A stretch of DNA of 64,000 nucleotides from Candidatus Colwellbacteria bacterium (GTDB lineage: Bacteria > Patescibacteriota > Minisyncoccia > UBA6257 > Colwellbacteraceae): assembly GCA_016176505.1 (NCBI GenBank), contig JACOXB010000008.1, forward strand, positions 984-64,983, written 5' to 3'. The notes beneath the pieces were generated by a model, which was not told the origin of the DNA, made no database searches, and saw only the letters and a list, made by a program, of their open reading frames with translations. Shown here in pieces: positions 9,597 to 19,118 of this stretch. How positions within the stretch are numbered: position 1 is the first letter of the stretch; each line of letters opens with the position of its first letter. The translations under genes were made by a program, and so were the position numbers.

Positions 9597-10967
9597 TCAT
9601 CCCAAGCTGCTCACCATCTCTTTAATCATTAGAATCTTCTGGTTTAGGTTCGGATTTTTAGTAACATCATCGTTGATTTTCTTATAAGCATAAATAGCAG
9701 TGGTATGATCCCGCTTGCCAACTTTATTCGCAATATCGGGGTAAGACATGGCTAGGAGGTCGCGGAAGAGAAACATGGCGATCTGCCTTGGCTCAACAAA
9801 CTCTTTGTTGCGCTGGCGGCCAACCAAGTCGTTCGGTGAGATCTCAAAAAAGTTCGCCACCACCCTAATAATTTGGCTTGGGCTCACCTTAACCGCGGCC
9901 TTCTCAGCTATTTCAGCAATCACTTTTTCAGCAAAGGCCATATCAAGGGTCCGGTTATAGGTTGCTTGGTAAAAGAGGAGTTTGTTAAGAACACCTTCGA
10001 TTTCGCGAATGTTTTTCTGGGCCTTTCTAGCGATAAGGTCGATGATTTTCTCGTCAAGGGCCACCTCCCGATCTTGAAGCTTAGTTTTAGTAATCGCCAC
10101 CCGGGTTTCGTAGTCGGGGAAGGTAATATCAGCGATCATTCCGCCCTCAAATCTAGAGCGGAGCCTTGCCTCGAGGGTTGGGATGGCCTTGGGCGGCCGG
10201 TCAGAGGAGATAATAATCTGCTTATTGTTCTCGTGAAGAGCGTTGAAAGTATGGAAGAATTCTTCCTCGGTCTTTTCCTTGCCGCCGATAAACTGGATAT
10301 CGTCAATAATTAGAACATCAACCCCCCGGTAAGTTCTTTTAATGTCTTCGAAGCGGTTGTTTTTGACCGCCCAGACAACGTCATTGGTGAATTTTTCCGA
10401 GGTGACGTATTTAACTTTTACTTTGTCTTTATAATTTTTCTTGATTTCATTTCCGGCTGCTTGGATCAGATGGGTTTTGCCGAGGCCGGTTCCGCCATAA
10501 ATAAAAAGAGGATTATATTTTGTGCCAACTACGTCAACCACAGCCGATGTAGCCGAGTGAGCCAGTTCGTTAAACGAACCGACGACGAACGAATCAAAAG
10601 TGTAACGCGGGTTTAAATTAGTTTCGGGATCAACCTTGATTTCCGGTAGCGCCAACTGCCCCTCGCTCACGCGCCTGGCCACGAGTTTTGCGGCCTTCGA
10701 GCGGTTAGCCTTCTCCATAAACACCCCCTCGACCACATACTCTATCTTTCTCGTGGTTGAGTCGTAATTCCTGATTGAGCCGAGGATAAGTTTATGGTAC
10801 TTCAGCTCAACCCACTCCTTGGTAAAGTTATTCGGAAGAGCGATGAGGGCGGTTCCGTCTTGGGCATCGAGCAACCGACTGTTCTTCAGCCAGGTGAGAA
10901 AGTTGGGTCGGGACACCTGCAACTCTATTTCTGATAAAACCGCCCGCCAGAGCTCTTCTTTAGTCAT
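9597..10967 (-). CDS. dnaA: Chromosomal replication initiator DnaA
   Basis: 456 aa with Walker A GGTGLGKTHL, AAA+ sensor motifs and the C-terminal DnaA box-binding helix (...HTTAIYAYKKI). Confidence 0.95.
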   Translation of the reverse strand: MTKEELWRAVLSEIELQVSRPNFLTWLKNSRLLDAQDGTALIALPNNFTKEWVELKYHKLILGSIRNYDSTTRKIEYVVEGVFMEKANRSKAAKLVARRVSEGQLALPEIKVDPETNLNPRYTFDSFVVGSFNELAHSATSAVVDVVGTKYNPLFIYGGTGLGKTHLIQAAGNEIKKNYKDKVKVKYVTSEKFTNDVVWAVKNNRFEDIKRTYRGVDVLIIDDIQFIGGKEKTEEEFFHTFNALHENNKQIIISSDRPPKAIPTLEARLRSRFEGGMIADITFPDYETRVAITKTKLQDREVALDEKIIDLIARKAQKNIREIEGVLNKLLFYQATYNRTLDMAFAEKVIAEIAEKAAVKVSPSQIIRVVANFFEISPNDLVGRQRNKEFVEPRQIAMFLFRDLLAMSYPDIANKVGKRDHTTAIYAYKKINDDVTKNPNLNQKILMIKEMVSSLG

Positions 10968-11075
10968 GTCTCACCCCTATTCTTAATAAAACAAGAGCCG
11001 CAAGTCAAACACGGAATTTAAAGAAAGTTGTTGATTACTTGTGGAGGAATCGACCGAAGGCTATAATAACCGTCA

Positions 11076-11213
11076 GTGCCCAAAAGAACTTATCAGCCGA
11101 AAAAAAGAAAACGAGCTCGAACCCACGGCTTTATAAAGCGTAAACGCACACCAGGCGGCCGCGCCGTGCTCAAGCGGCGCCGGACTAAGGGCCGCGCGAA
11201 ACTCACAGTCTAG
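11076..11213 (+). CDS. rpmH: 50S ribosomal protein L34
   Basis: Hand translation from GTG at 11076 gives (M)[44 protein letters not shown], the L34 signature. It sits directly upstream of rnpA and is absent from the ORF track (<60 aa). Confidence 0.8.
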   Translation: MPKRTYQPKKRKRARTHGFIKRKRTPGGRAVLKRRRTKGRAKLTV

Positions 11214-11215
11214 TT

Positions 11216-11554
11216 TTGATGCTCGGTAAAGCCTACCGTTTGGATGTGGCTGGATTTTCCAAAAACGCCGCCCTTATTCATAAAGGGGGATATTTTAACG
11301 CTAAGTTTGCTCCGAATAAGACCGGCCACTTGAGAGTCGGTATAGTTACAAGCCGTAAAACGATCCCGAAAGCCGCAAATAGGAATGCTTTAAGGCGAAG
11401 AATTTTCGATTTTTGGCAAACGGGGTTAGAGGAAAGATCGGTCGACATTCTCATTATTGTTAAGCCTGAAGCGGGCAAGCTTAACCCGCGGAAAAAAGAA
11501 GATTTGATTAATCTTCAATCTGAACTAAACTCAATCAAGAACAAGTTGAAATGA
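11216..11554 (+). CDS. rnpA: RNase P protein component
   Basis: A basic 112-aa protein in the rpmH-rnpA-yidC position with an RNase P protein-like RNR-type motif. Confidence 0.8.
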   Translation: MMLGKAYRLDVAGFSKNAALIHKGGYFNAKFAPNKTGHLRVGIVTSRKTIPKAANRNALRRRIFDFWQTGLEERSVDILIIVKPEAGKLNPRKKEDLINLQSELNSIKNKLK

Positions 11555-12285
11555 TTAGCGAGCTCTTTCGGGAAATTCTATATCGACCACTTTTTAATAT
11601 TTTGATTTTTCTTTACGAAACAGTCGCCTTCCGCGATTTAGGTTTAGCTATTATTCTTTTCACTATTTTAATCCGCCTCATTCTTTTTCCTCTATTCCAT
11701 AAAACCGCTAAGCACCAAAAACTTTCTCAGAAACTCCAGCCCGAAATTAAAGAAATCCAGAAGCGCTACAAGGATGATCGTGAGGCTCAGACCAAAGCCA
11801 TTATTGAGCTTTATCAAAAAAATAAATTAAGTCCTTTTACGCCTTTCGGCTTACTTCTTTTACAACTGCCGATCCTAATCGCTCTTTATCGGATTTTTAT
11901 CAATGGCTTTAACGAAGGGGTTCTTGGCCTACTTTACTCCTTTGTCCCCCGGCCAGAATCTTTTAATCAAACCCTTTTTGGCCTGATTCGGCTTGATGAG
12001 GTGAGCTGGCTACTCGTGGTCATCGCGACTGGGCTCCAATATTTACAGGGCCGGCTGGCTTTCAAGCCCCAGGCTATGGGAGCTAAAAACGCTAGCATGC
12101 TCAAGTTTACAGCCCTCCTTTTTCCGGCTCTCACCCTTTTGATTTTAATGAGATTTCCAGCGGCCTTAGCCCTCTATTGGTCGACAAGCACTGGTTTTTC
12201 TATAATTCAACAGGTAATTGTTAACCGCGATGGAGAAGCTAAAGGAAAAAATAGAGAGCCTCGTAAGGCTAATGGGGTTCGGTGA
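11551..12285 (+). CDS. yidC: Membrane protein insertase YidC (short, Gram-positive/CPR-type)
   Basis: 244 aa with multiple TM helices and a basic C-terminal tail. Its ATG overlaps the rnpA stop (ATGA). Confidence 0.85.
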   Translation: MISELFREILYRPLFNILIFLYETVAFRDLGLAIILFTILIRLILFPLFHKTAKHQKLSQKLQPEIKEIQKRYKDDREAQTKAIIELYQKNKLSPFTPFGLLLLQLPILIALYRIFINGFNEGVLGLLYSFVPRPESFNQTLFGLIRLDEVSWLLVVIATGLQYLQGRLAFKPQAMGAKNASMLKFTALLFPALTLLILMRFPAALALYWSTSTGFSIIQQVIVNRDGEAKGKNREPRKANGVR

Positions 12286-12661
12286 CTTTCGAGTTGAGTG
12301 CGAAGAGAACTCAAGACGAGTTAGTCTCCACATTAATGACGGGATTGTTTCAGAAGAAATTCTGCCAGCATTTGTTTTAAATCTCGAACGAGTAGCCAGG
12401 CTGATTGCTAAGCACTTGGATGAAGGTCCGGTTGTGGTTGATATTAATAACTACCGCCGTGAAAGAGAAGGATTAATTATTAAACTCGCCCGAGCCGCGG
12501 CGAGGAAAGCCGCAACCACTGGCGAGGCCGTGGCCCTACCAATAATGAATGCTTACGAGAGAAGATTGGTTCATACCGAACTTTCAATGCGCCCCGATGT
12601 TTTAACCGAAAGCACTGGCGAGACTGATCGCCACGTGGTCGTGAAACCGATTGAAGGATAA
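12230..12661 (+). CDS. jag: Jag/KhpB RNA-binding protein (Jag_N-KH-R3H)
   Basis: R3H motif ERRLVHTELS, located immediately after yidC. Start chosen at MEKLKEK. Confidence 0.8.
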   Translation: MEKLKEKIESLVRLMGFGDFRVECEENSRRVSLHINDGIVSEEILPAFVLNLERVARLIAKHLDEGPVVVDINNYRREREGLIIKLARAAARKAATTGEAVALPIMNAYERRLVHTELSMRPDVLTESTGETDRHVVVKPIEG

Positions 12662-12671
12662 AATAGGTTTC

Positions 12672-13139
12672 CTAAACTTTTTCTAAAAGCTTTAAAATTC
12701 CACTAAGCTCCTTGCCCTGGGATCGGTTATTAAGCCAAATAGTGATAGCGAGTGTTATGGTTCGGATCGGCAGGACACCGACCGTTAAAGCATCGGCTAA
12801 AAATCCGCCCATAAGGAAGATTAATCTTCTTACTGCCCTTTTTACTACTAGCCTGCCCGAGATACCTCGCAAAAGTGACCAGATAAGGATAGTGCCAGAT
12901 ATAAATAGGCCGAAAGTGAAGGCTAAGAACCAAATGACTTGGCCGAAAATAGGAACCCAAAACACGAGGCCAGCTAAGATTTCGAAGAGATCAGCTATGG
13001 CCGCGGCGCCAAGGACTATAAAACCTTCGACCGCCCCGATTTTTGCCCGTTCGGCATCCTGGCGCTTAAACTCAAGCTCCTCGACGCCCTCTAGGGGCTC
13101 CTCCTCAACCTCCTCACTAATCTCGATTACGTCGACCAT
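12672..13139 (-). CDS. Small polytopic membrane protein, last gene of the VirB4 cluster
   Basis: 155 aa with 3-4 predicted TM helices and an acidic N-terminus. Its start is 4 nt after the VirB4 stop. Confidence 0.5.
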   Translation of the reverse strand: MVDVIEISEEVEEEPLEGVEELEFKRQDAERAKIGAVEGFIVLGAAAIADLFEILAGLVFWVPIFGQVIWFLAFTFGLFISGTILIWSLLRGISGRLVVKRAVRRLIFLMGGFLADALTVGVLPIRTITLAITIWLNNRSQGKELSGILKLLEKV

Positions 13140-13142
13140 CGA

Positions 13143-15515
13143 CTAAAGCTCGTCTTGTTCCCTTAAAATTTGCTCTGGATCAGTGGTAATCAACTTATCT
13201 TCAAAATAAGACGGCACAACCTGGATCGCTACGTGTTTCAAGCCGGCGATGAAAAGCCCGGTGCCCACCTCTGCCTCGAGCAGGTAGCTTTTTTCAGTTT
13301 CAGTCAGATTAAATGATTTGGCAGCCAACTCGATCGCGGCTGGCGATTGCCTAAGAAGCAGTTGGAGCGAGGAATTAGTGATAATCGGTCGGCCATAAGG
13401 CGAGTTTAAGAAGTCTTCAACATCCTGAGTAATAGTTGAGATGCCAAGATAGTATTTTCTCGATCGTTTGGCCAAGCGATAAAGGAAAGAGGCGCTGTCC
13501 GGATACTTCATCATCCACCAAGCCTCATCAACAACCATAATTCTTTTTTTCAGTTCTCGCCGCACCAGGCTCCAGACAAAGTTCAAGATAATATACATCG
13601 CAATCGGCCGCAGTTCTTCCTCTAAATCGCGCACCGAAAAAACAATTAAGCGGTTATCAATATTAACGTTAGTGGGCCGATTAGCAAAACCAACGTAACT
13701 GCCCTTAGTAAAGCGATAAAGCCGGTTCGCCATATCGCGACCCCCTTCGATGTTTCGCAGAACCTCTTCAAGATTTTCTAAAAGCGGCGGCTCTTTGCCG
13801 GTAAAATCTTTATCAGCCGTAATGTCTTTCGAGGCATAGGTTTCAGTAATAGCCTGGTCAAGTAAAGCCTCTTCTTCGGAGCTAATTTTGCCGAGCATCA
13901 GCTTAACTAAACCGCTGAGGTCAACAATATGCGATTTTAAGGCTTCGCCCGGAGTTTCGTCTTCGGCCATAATCGGCAAGTCGAGCGGGTTGATCGTACT
14001 CTCTGACTGCAAAGAGATCCGGAAATAACTGCCGCCAACTGCTTTTGCTAGGGTTTCGTATTCATTTTCCGGATCAACAATAATCAGGTCCGAACCAAGC
14101 ATCATCGAGCGAATTACCTCGAGCTTAGTGGCATAAGATTTTCCCGAACCAGCCTTGCCAAAAATAACCATATTAGCGTTTTCGAGCGAAAAGCGGTCAA
14201 AAATAATAACGGTATTGTTGTGGCGGTTTAAGCCGTAAAGCACGCCCTCATCCGAAGTTAAATCAAGAGCGATAAAGGGGAAGAAAGAAGAAACCGGCGC
14301 CGAGTTTAAGGGAGTATGGATGCCGAGCTCGTCTCTCGCCAGAGGCGCGGTTGAAACAAATCCCTTTAATTGCTCAAAGTTCGCCGGTTTAAGGTTCACT
14401 AATTTGCTATCTAGGTCTTTAATAATTCGATTCTCGAGCCCGACAAGCTCTTTTTCCGAATCAGCGTAGATAGTGATGTAAACACTTGTGTCAAAAAGTT
14501 TTTCTTCAGCCCGCTGGAGTGAATCTCTGAGCATCTCAATGTCCTGGAGGGCCGTCTCAAGCAGAGGATTCCGAATCAACCCCTTTTCTTGGCCCTCCAT
14601 TATTTGGGCTTCGATTTGGGTTGTTTTTCTTCTTAAGTTTTTTAGAGCCGTGCCGGTATCAAGCGGATGAACAAAGATAGAAATATCTAAAAGTTCGGGC
14701 AGGTTAATAATCGGCGAGAACCAGCCGCTTGAAAGATAGCGCGGATAATTGAACACAAAAAGCGTTTTTAAGTACTTCTCGCCGATCCGGATAAAGTTTG
14801 GTGAAACTTCGGCCGAGGCCGGCGCCACAATGTCCTCAAGTCCGGCAATGCCGCTTTTGCCTTGGCGGCCGATAGCTTCGCCCCTTTTTTCGATTGTAGC
14901 CGGGTTGTAATAATTAAAATAAAGCTCAAGTAATTCCGGATCCTCAAGCGCCACAGCCCGGAGGCCAATTTGGCGCAGACTATTAATTACCTGTTCGGTC
15001 CGCTGATCTAGCTGCTCTTGGTGAAGCGGGTCAACTGCTTCGTTAATTTCGCCGACACCTTCGGACGCTGTTTTTTTGCCACCGAGAAATTTACCAAAGA
15101 TTGATTTAGCTGGGCCGGGCAGGACTGGCGGGTCAAAAGGAACAACCACAAAAAAACTTTTCGCCATAATGGCGTTCGTCTCCACAAAAGATTTAACAAA
15201 CTCCCGATATTCCTCGAGCTGGATTTTTAAAAGTTTATTAGGCTCGTTTTGCTGCCTTTCCTCGAGCGATCGGAGATATTCATCAACATTTAATTTGCGG
15301 GAGTGGATATTAATCTGAATTGAAAAATCGAGCGAGTTAAGCAGGCTTTGATAGGTGCCAATAATGATTTTTTGCTCGTCCTCGGACTTAAGGTCAAAAT
15401 TTAAGCCGTCAACTAAGACAACCTTCCGGAGAGCCCCGTTTTTAAGAATTACAATGCCATCCTTAATATCCTGGATGTCGACAATGCTCTGGGCGCGCGC
15501 CGCTTCAGTCGCCAT
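13143..15515 (-). CDS. virB4: VirB4/TrbE/CagE-family type IV secretion ATPase
   Basis: 790 aa. The C-terminal ATPase has Walker A VIFGKAGSGKS and Walker B IMVVDEAWWMM, the VirB4 DEAW signature. Confidence 0.85.
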   Translation of the reverse strand: MATEAARAQSIVDIQDIKDGIVILKNGALRKVVLVDGLNFDLKSEDEQKIIIGTYQSLLNSLDFSIQINIHSRKLNVDEYLRSLEERQQNEPNKLLKIQLEEYREFVKSFVETNAIMAKSFFVVVPFDPPVLPGPAKSIFGKFLGGKKTASEGVGEINEAVDPLHQEQLDQRTEQVINSLRQIGLRAVALEDPELLELYFNYYNPATIEKRGEAIGRQGKSGIAGLEDIVAPASAEVSPNFIRIGEKYLKTLFVFNYPRYLSSGWFSPIINLPELLDISIFVHPLDTGTALKNLRRKTTQIEAQIMEGQEKGLIRNPLLETALQDIEMLRDSLQRAEEKLFDTSVYITIYADSEKELVGLENRIIKDLDSKLVNLKPANFEQLKGFVSTAPLARDELGIHTPLNSAPVSSFFPFIALDLTSDEGVLYGLNRHNNTVIIFDRFSLENANMVIFGKAGSGKSYATKLEVIRSMMLGSDLIIVDPENEYETLAKAVGGSYFRISLQSESTINPLDLPIMAEDETPGEALKSHIVDLSGLVKLMLGKISSEEEALLDQAITETYASKDITADKDFTGKEPPLLENLEEVLRNIEGGRDMANRLYRFTKGSYVGFANRPTNVNIDNRLIVFSVRDLEEELRPIAMYIILNFVWSLVRRELKKRIMVVDEAWWMMKYPDSASFLYRLAKRSRKYYLGISTITQDVEDFLNSPYGRPIITNSSLQLLLRQSPAAIELAAKSFNLTETEKSYLLEAEVGTGLFIAGLKHVAIQVVPSYFEDKLITTDPEQILREQDEL

Positions 15516-15592
15516 ATGCCTAAGTATAGGTTTTTCCAGTTCAGTTTTGTAGGTTCGGATAATTCGGATATATTTCGCAGTTTCGGATTATA

Positions 15593-16132
15593 TTATCGGT
15601 AATCAACCCGTTTGGCCACTTCTCTCTCGCCGGTTATTCGGCGAACTAATTCGTATTTTTCTTTAAGCCGGGATCGGGGTTGGCCAAAATTTCGAGGTAA
15701 CGGCTGTTCCCGTCTCGGAATCGCTGTTTTTGAAGTGGCAATCCATTGCCAAAGACCCTTAATGCCGCCGAGCGTCGGCTTCTCCGGCCCTGCGGCGGCC
15801 AGAGGCTCGGCCCTCGCTATTATAATTTTTTTAGCTTCAGCTTCGGTTCTTGGTAGCCGCGGGTCAAAAACGTATATTTTGGGCCGCCAGAAACTATCAA
15901 AAAAAGCTCGGAAGAAAACCATAAGCGGCCGGCCATTAACTTTAATAAAGGCAAGGGCCAGACCAATAGCCGAGACAATCACGGTAAGGATTAGCCAAAG
16001 CCAAAATTCAAAAAGAACAAAGAAAATGACAATAAGAATGGCGGCCGCGGCAATATAAGCAAATTGCTTCAGGGTGAGAGCGCCGACTACCCTATCTTCA
16101 GTTTCAATAAATTGCGGAACCTGAAACTGCAC
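15593..16132 (-). CDS. Two-TM membrane protein upstream of VirB4 (VirB3/PrgI/TcpE-like position)
   Basis: 179 aa with two adjacent TM helices near the N-terminus and a basic C-terminus. Synteny matches VirB3-VirB4 of Gram-positive-type T4SS. Confidence 0.4.
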   Translation of the reverse strand: MQFQVPQFIETEDRVVGALTLKQFAYIAAAAILIVIFFVLFEFWLWLILTVIVSAIGLALAFIKVNGRPLMVFFRAFFDSFWRPKIYVFDPRLPRTEAEAKKIIIARAEPLAAAGPEKPTLGGIKGLWQWIATSKTAIPRREQPLPRNFGQPRSRLKEKYELVRRITGEREVAKRVDYR

Positions 16133-16136
16133 GGTC

Positions 16137-17021
16137 TTATTTAGGGAGGTCCTTAAGGTTAACTACGTTATTGGGATGAATCGCTTCATTTGTTGGGGTT
16201 GTTTGACCACTCTGCTTATTGGATCGCTCCGCTTGTTCAAGTTGTTCAGCTCCGACATCTTCAACGCTTCCGACATCTCCAACGGGACTACTTAGTCCGG
16301 TATAATGAACCACTCTTATTTGAGGTTTCTCGGTTCTGCCAACTTTTGGCGCGGCTCCTCCGGGTCCGGAATAAGGATAAGCAGTGGTCGCTTCATCTAC
16401 TTCAAGCCGGGCTGATATAGGCTTTTGTTCTGCCGGGGCAGGCGCCTCATCGGGTTCGAAAAAGTAAGGTCGCGCTAAAGAGGGCGCTCCGTCTTGCGCC
16501 TGGGCTTGTTCAACCGCGCCTTCTTCATGAAGCATAAATGGTGAATTTGTATCAGTTGGTGGCGATTCAGGGATCGGCTTCCAACTCGAGGTTTCGGCAA
16601 AAGCCGGTTTTAGCTCCTGGGCCGGCTGAGCGTTAACGTTTCCGACGTTTCGAACATCTCCAACAGTTTGAACAGGCGCCTGCGGCTCCCTCACTTCTCC
16701 CCAATGGTAAAGCGAGGTTATCTCATCGATTATTGGCGCGAGAATTTTCTTGTTGATTTCCTCGGCAATGGAGTTCGCCACTTGGGCCGGCAAGTTAACT
16801 TCTTTTTGAAATTCTTTAGCCAAATCTTCAGGATGGACAAAGCCAAGAATAACCGCCCCGGTTAAGTCAGCGATTTTCTTCGTGCGTTCTCCGTTCAAGT
16901 GGTGATCTTCGCCTAAATCCCAAATCACATCAGTGCTTTTTTCGGAAAAAAGCACTTCTTTTAAATGCTCAGGCAGAGCATCAAATCTTTCTCTGGCTTT
17001 GCCTAGCGGAATATTAATCAT
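16137..17021 (-). CDS. Hypothetical Pro/Gln-rich protein inside the T4SS-like cluster
   Basis: 294 aa: a structured N-terminal ~110 aa followed by a low-complexity P/A/Q-rich region with VGDVxNVG-type short repeats. Confidence 0.5.
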   Translation of the reverse strand: MINIPLGKARERFDALPEHLKEVLFSEKSTDVIWDLGEDHHLNGERTKKIADLTGAVILGFVHPEDLAKEFQKEVNLPAQVANSIAEEINKKILAPIIDEITSLYHWGEVREPQAPVQTVGDVRNVGNVNAQPAQELKPAFAETSSWKPIPESPPTDTNSPFMLHEEGAVEQAQAQDGAPSLARPYFFEPDEAPAPAEQKPISARLEVDEATTAYPYSGPGGAAPKVGRTEKPQIRVVHYTGLSSPVGDVGSVEDVGAEQLEQAERSNKQSGQTTPTNEAIHPNNVVNLKDLPK

Positions 17022-17033
17022 AAAGACATTTTA

Positions 17034-19118
17034 TCATGGACCCGAGGCTGGCGCCGGTGGGGCGAATAAGAGTCCGCTACCCAGCATTCGGTCATATTCC
17101 CGATAAAGTCTCCGGGCGAAACTTGCGTCCCTCTCTTCGGGCGATCCTGCCGGAGACAAGGCGGCTCTTGCCTCGAGTGCCCTCAGTTTATCGTCCGTAT
17201 TTATACCTCGTCCTCGCAAACCGGCGGGTAAGGTTCTGGTCTCGAAATCGTGTACATGCGCCTCGAACGTTTGTTGGAACTGATCAAGCTCATCGGCGTT
17301 CATCCTCGTCCTAAGTCTTGAGGTGGTCTCCGGTACGGTTTCCAATAGCCCCGAACCAAGACGCCCTGCGATAACTTGTCGTGTCGCATCTTGGAATCCG
17401 TACTGATTTCCTGGCCTGAATATTCGGGGTTGAATAGCATCGACACTTCTAGCAGTTTGATAGGTCGCTTGCCGGAAAGCATCTACGGCATTTCCCAATT
17501 CAGCCAGAGTTCCAGTTCCGTCTTCGAATGCTCGGGCGGCGTTCGCGACGGCCGTATTAAATCCTGCTGCCTGTTCGAGATCTTCGTAATCACCAACTCT
17601 TCCTGATCGTTGGAACCTCCTTCTCGTTCTTGCATCGCCAATGTAGCGAGATAAGCTTCCCGGCGCGTCAGGATTTTGTGGTAGTAGTCCGAGTAGGCCG
17701 CGCTGCCTAAGGAAATCCATAGCCTCGTCTAAGGGGGCCCCGTGGAGACTTGGCACGGCTTGAGCTAAACGGGCCGGGTTCTTTTTTAGGGTCGTCAAAT
17801 CTTGATCCGCCGCCTTTTTGACAGCCTCTTCGCCTTTCGCACCTAAGATGTTTAATCCTCGCCCCCCAGCTCGGACCGGGGCAGTCATTAATCGACCCAT
17901 CAATCCTCTTTCAGCGCCGGTCTGTTGGACCCTCGTGGTGAGTCTTTGGCCAGCTTCGGTTCTGAACGGAGCCGAAACGGTTCTCATCGCCATTAACCTA
18001 CCTCTGGCCTTCGCCCACTTGCCGCCCTTCTTCGCCGCAGCAATCGCATAGCCCGAACCGGTGATCCCCATTTTATTAGCCGCCATAAGGCCGCCTATTA
18101 AAAGTCCCGCCACAACAGTCATTCCAGCTACGGCCTCGGAAAAACTGGAGGTCGACCCGCTTGAGCCCTCGAAGATGGCGGGATCCTGAGCCAACCTAAC
18201 CGACAGAAAAAAGAAAAACATGGCAACTGGGGCAAAAAGTAGCCATCTAGTGAACTGTTGCCACCAAAGAGACCAAGGATTACCGCCAGCGACCTTAAGC
18301 TTGTCGCCAAAAATCCAAGTGACCCAAGCCAAGGGCAAAAGGATTATCAGGAAGGCGAGCCACATGGCTCTTATAAAAAGCATGCCCGCGAAAGCGAAAA
18401 GGGCTAATGTCCCAAGCACGCCGAAGACGAGGGAGAAGAGGATACTGGCGATAGAGGCGCCTATTTTTCCTACGTCTTCATCTCCTGGTCCATCCCCCCC
18501 GATACTAGCTAGAAGATTATCTGTATCTACGGCGGGTAGAAGAAAGACCTTAGCAAAGGAAAATGGACTAAAGTTGGTCGCGTCTTTAAGAACGCCGGTC
18601 AAGGCATCAACCGGAGCCATAAAAATATTAGTAACGATAAAGAAACCGAAATTGATCAGAAGAGCCGCAACAGCAAATTTAAAAAGGTATTGGCCGGCGT
18701 CAGCCCGACGGAACATCACCATAAAGGCAATGATAATAATCGCCGCCACCAGCCCCAGGTTGGCAACGGCCAGCACTATATCGTGTCCTTCCTGGATTAT
18801 CGGTACGGTTTTTATCTGTTCGTTGAATTTAATCGCGAGGCTGATAAAGCCGCCAGCTATGGCAAAGAATATACTGGTTAAAAATCCGATAATCGCGATT
18901 ATGAGGCCGGCCGCTATCCGGACTAAATCGGCAACTATGGGTTCAACCACGTCGTCAAGAACCCACCCTATAATTTCTCCTGGCCACTCCCAAAATTTCC
19001 AATTCCAACTGAACGGGTTCCACCAGCTGGCGTAGACCGGTTGAATACTAAAGAAAAGGGTTAGGGCAGCGACAAATACTTTGGAGAGCCCATGTTTTTT
19101 ATTCAGGCGTTCCATCAA
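17034..19118 (-). CDS. VirB6/TrbL-like polytopic membrane protein with a long C-terminal soluble tail
   Basis: 694 aa with a signal peptide, then six or more TM helices in the first ~330 aa (W-rich periplasmic loop), then a ~350-aa hydrophilic tail. It is the first gene of the VirB4 operon. Confidence 0.55.
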   Translation of the reverse strand: MMERLNKKHGLSKVFVAALTLFFSIQPVYASWWNPFSWNWKFWEWPGEIIGWVLDDVVEPIVADLVRIAAGLIIAIIGFLTSIFFAIAGGFISLAIKFNEQIKTVPIIQEGHDIVLAVANLGLVAAIIIIAFMVMFRRADAGQYLFKFAVAALLINFGFFIVTNIFMAPVDALTGVLKDATNFSPFSFAKVFLLPAVDTDNLLASIGGDGPGDEDVGKIGASIASILFSLVFGVLGTLALFAFAGMLFIRAMWLAFLIILLPLAWVTWIFGDKLKVAGGNPWSLWWQQFTRWLLFAPVAMFFFFLSVRLAQDPAIFEGSSGSTSSFSEAVAGMTVVAGLLIGGLMAANKMGITGSGYAIAAAKKGGKWAKARGRLMAMRTVSAPFRTEAGQRLTTRVQQTGAERGLMGRLMTAPVRAGGRGLNILGAKGEEAVKKAADQDLTTLKKNPARLAQAVPSLHGAPLDEAMDFLRQRGLLGLLPQNPDAPGSLSRYIGDARTRRRFQRSGRVGDYEDLEQAAGFNTAVANAARAFEDGTGTLAELGNAVDAFRQATYQTARSVDAIQPRIFRPGNQYGFQDATRQVIAGRLGSGLLETVPETTSRLRTRMNADELDQFQQTFEAHVHDFETRTLPAGLRGRGINTDDKLRALEARAALSPAGSPEERDASFARRLYREYDRMLGSGLLFAPPAPASGP

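Noticed and set aside
1018-17021. Shared VGDVG/NVGNV-type motif between the 1018..1584 protein and the Pro-rich 16137..17021 protein
   Set aside because: The matches are short, low-complexity Gly/Val/Asp/Asn runs. This is insufficient to claim homology without a profile search.
18220-19035. 271-aa plus-strand ORF fully inside the VirB6-like gene, and similar antisense ORFs such as 9873..10313 inside dnaA and 15612..16058 opposite the VirB3-like gene
   Set aside because: These antisense ORFs have no domain signatures and low-complexity composition. The opposite-strand genes have clear identities, so they are typical shadow ORFs.
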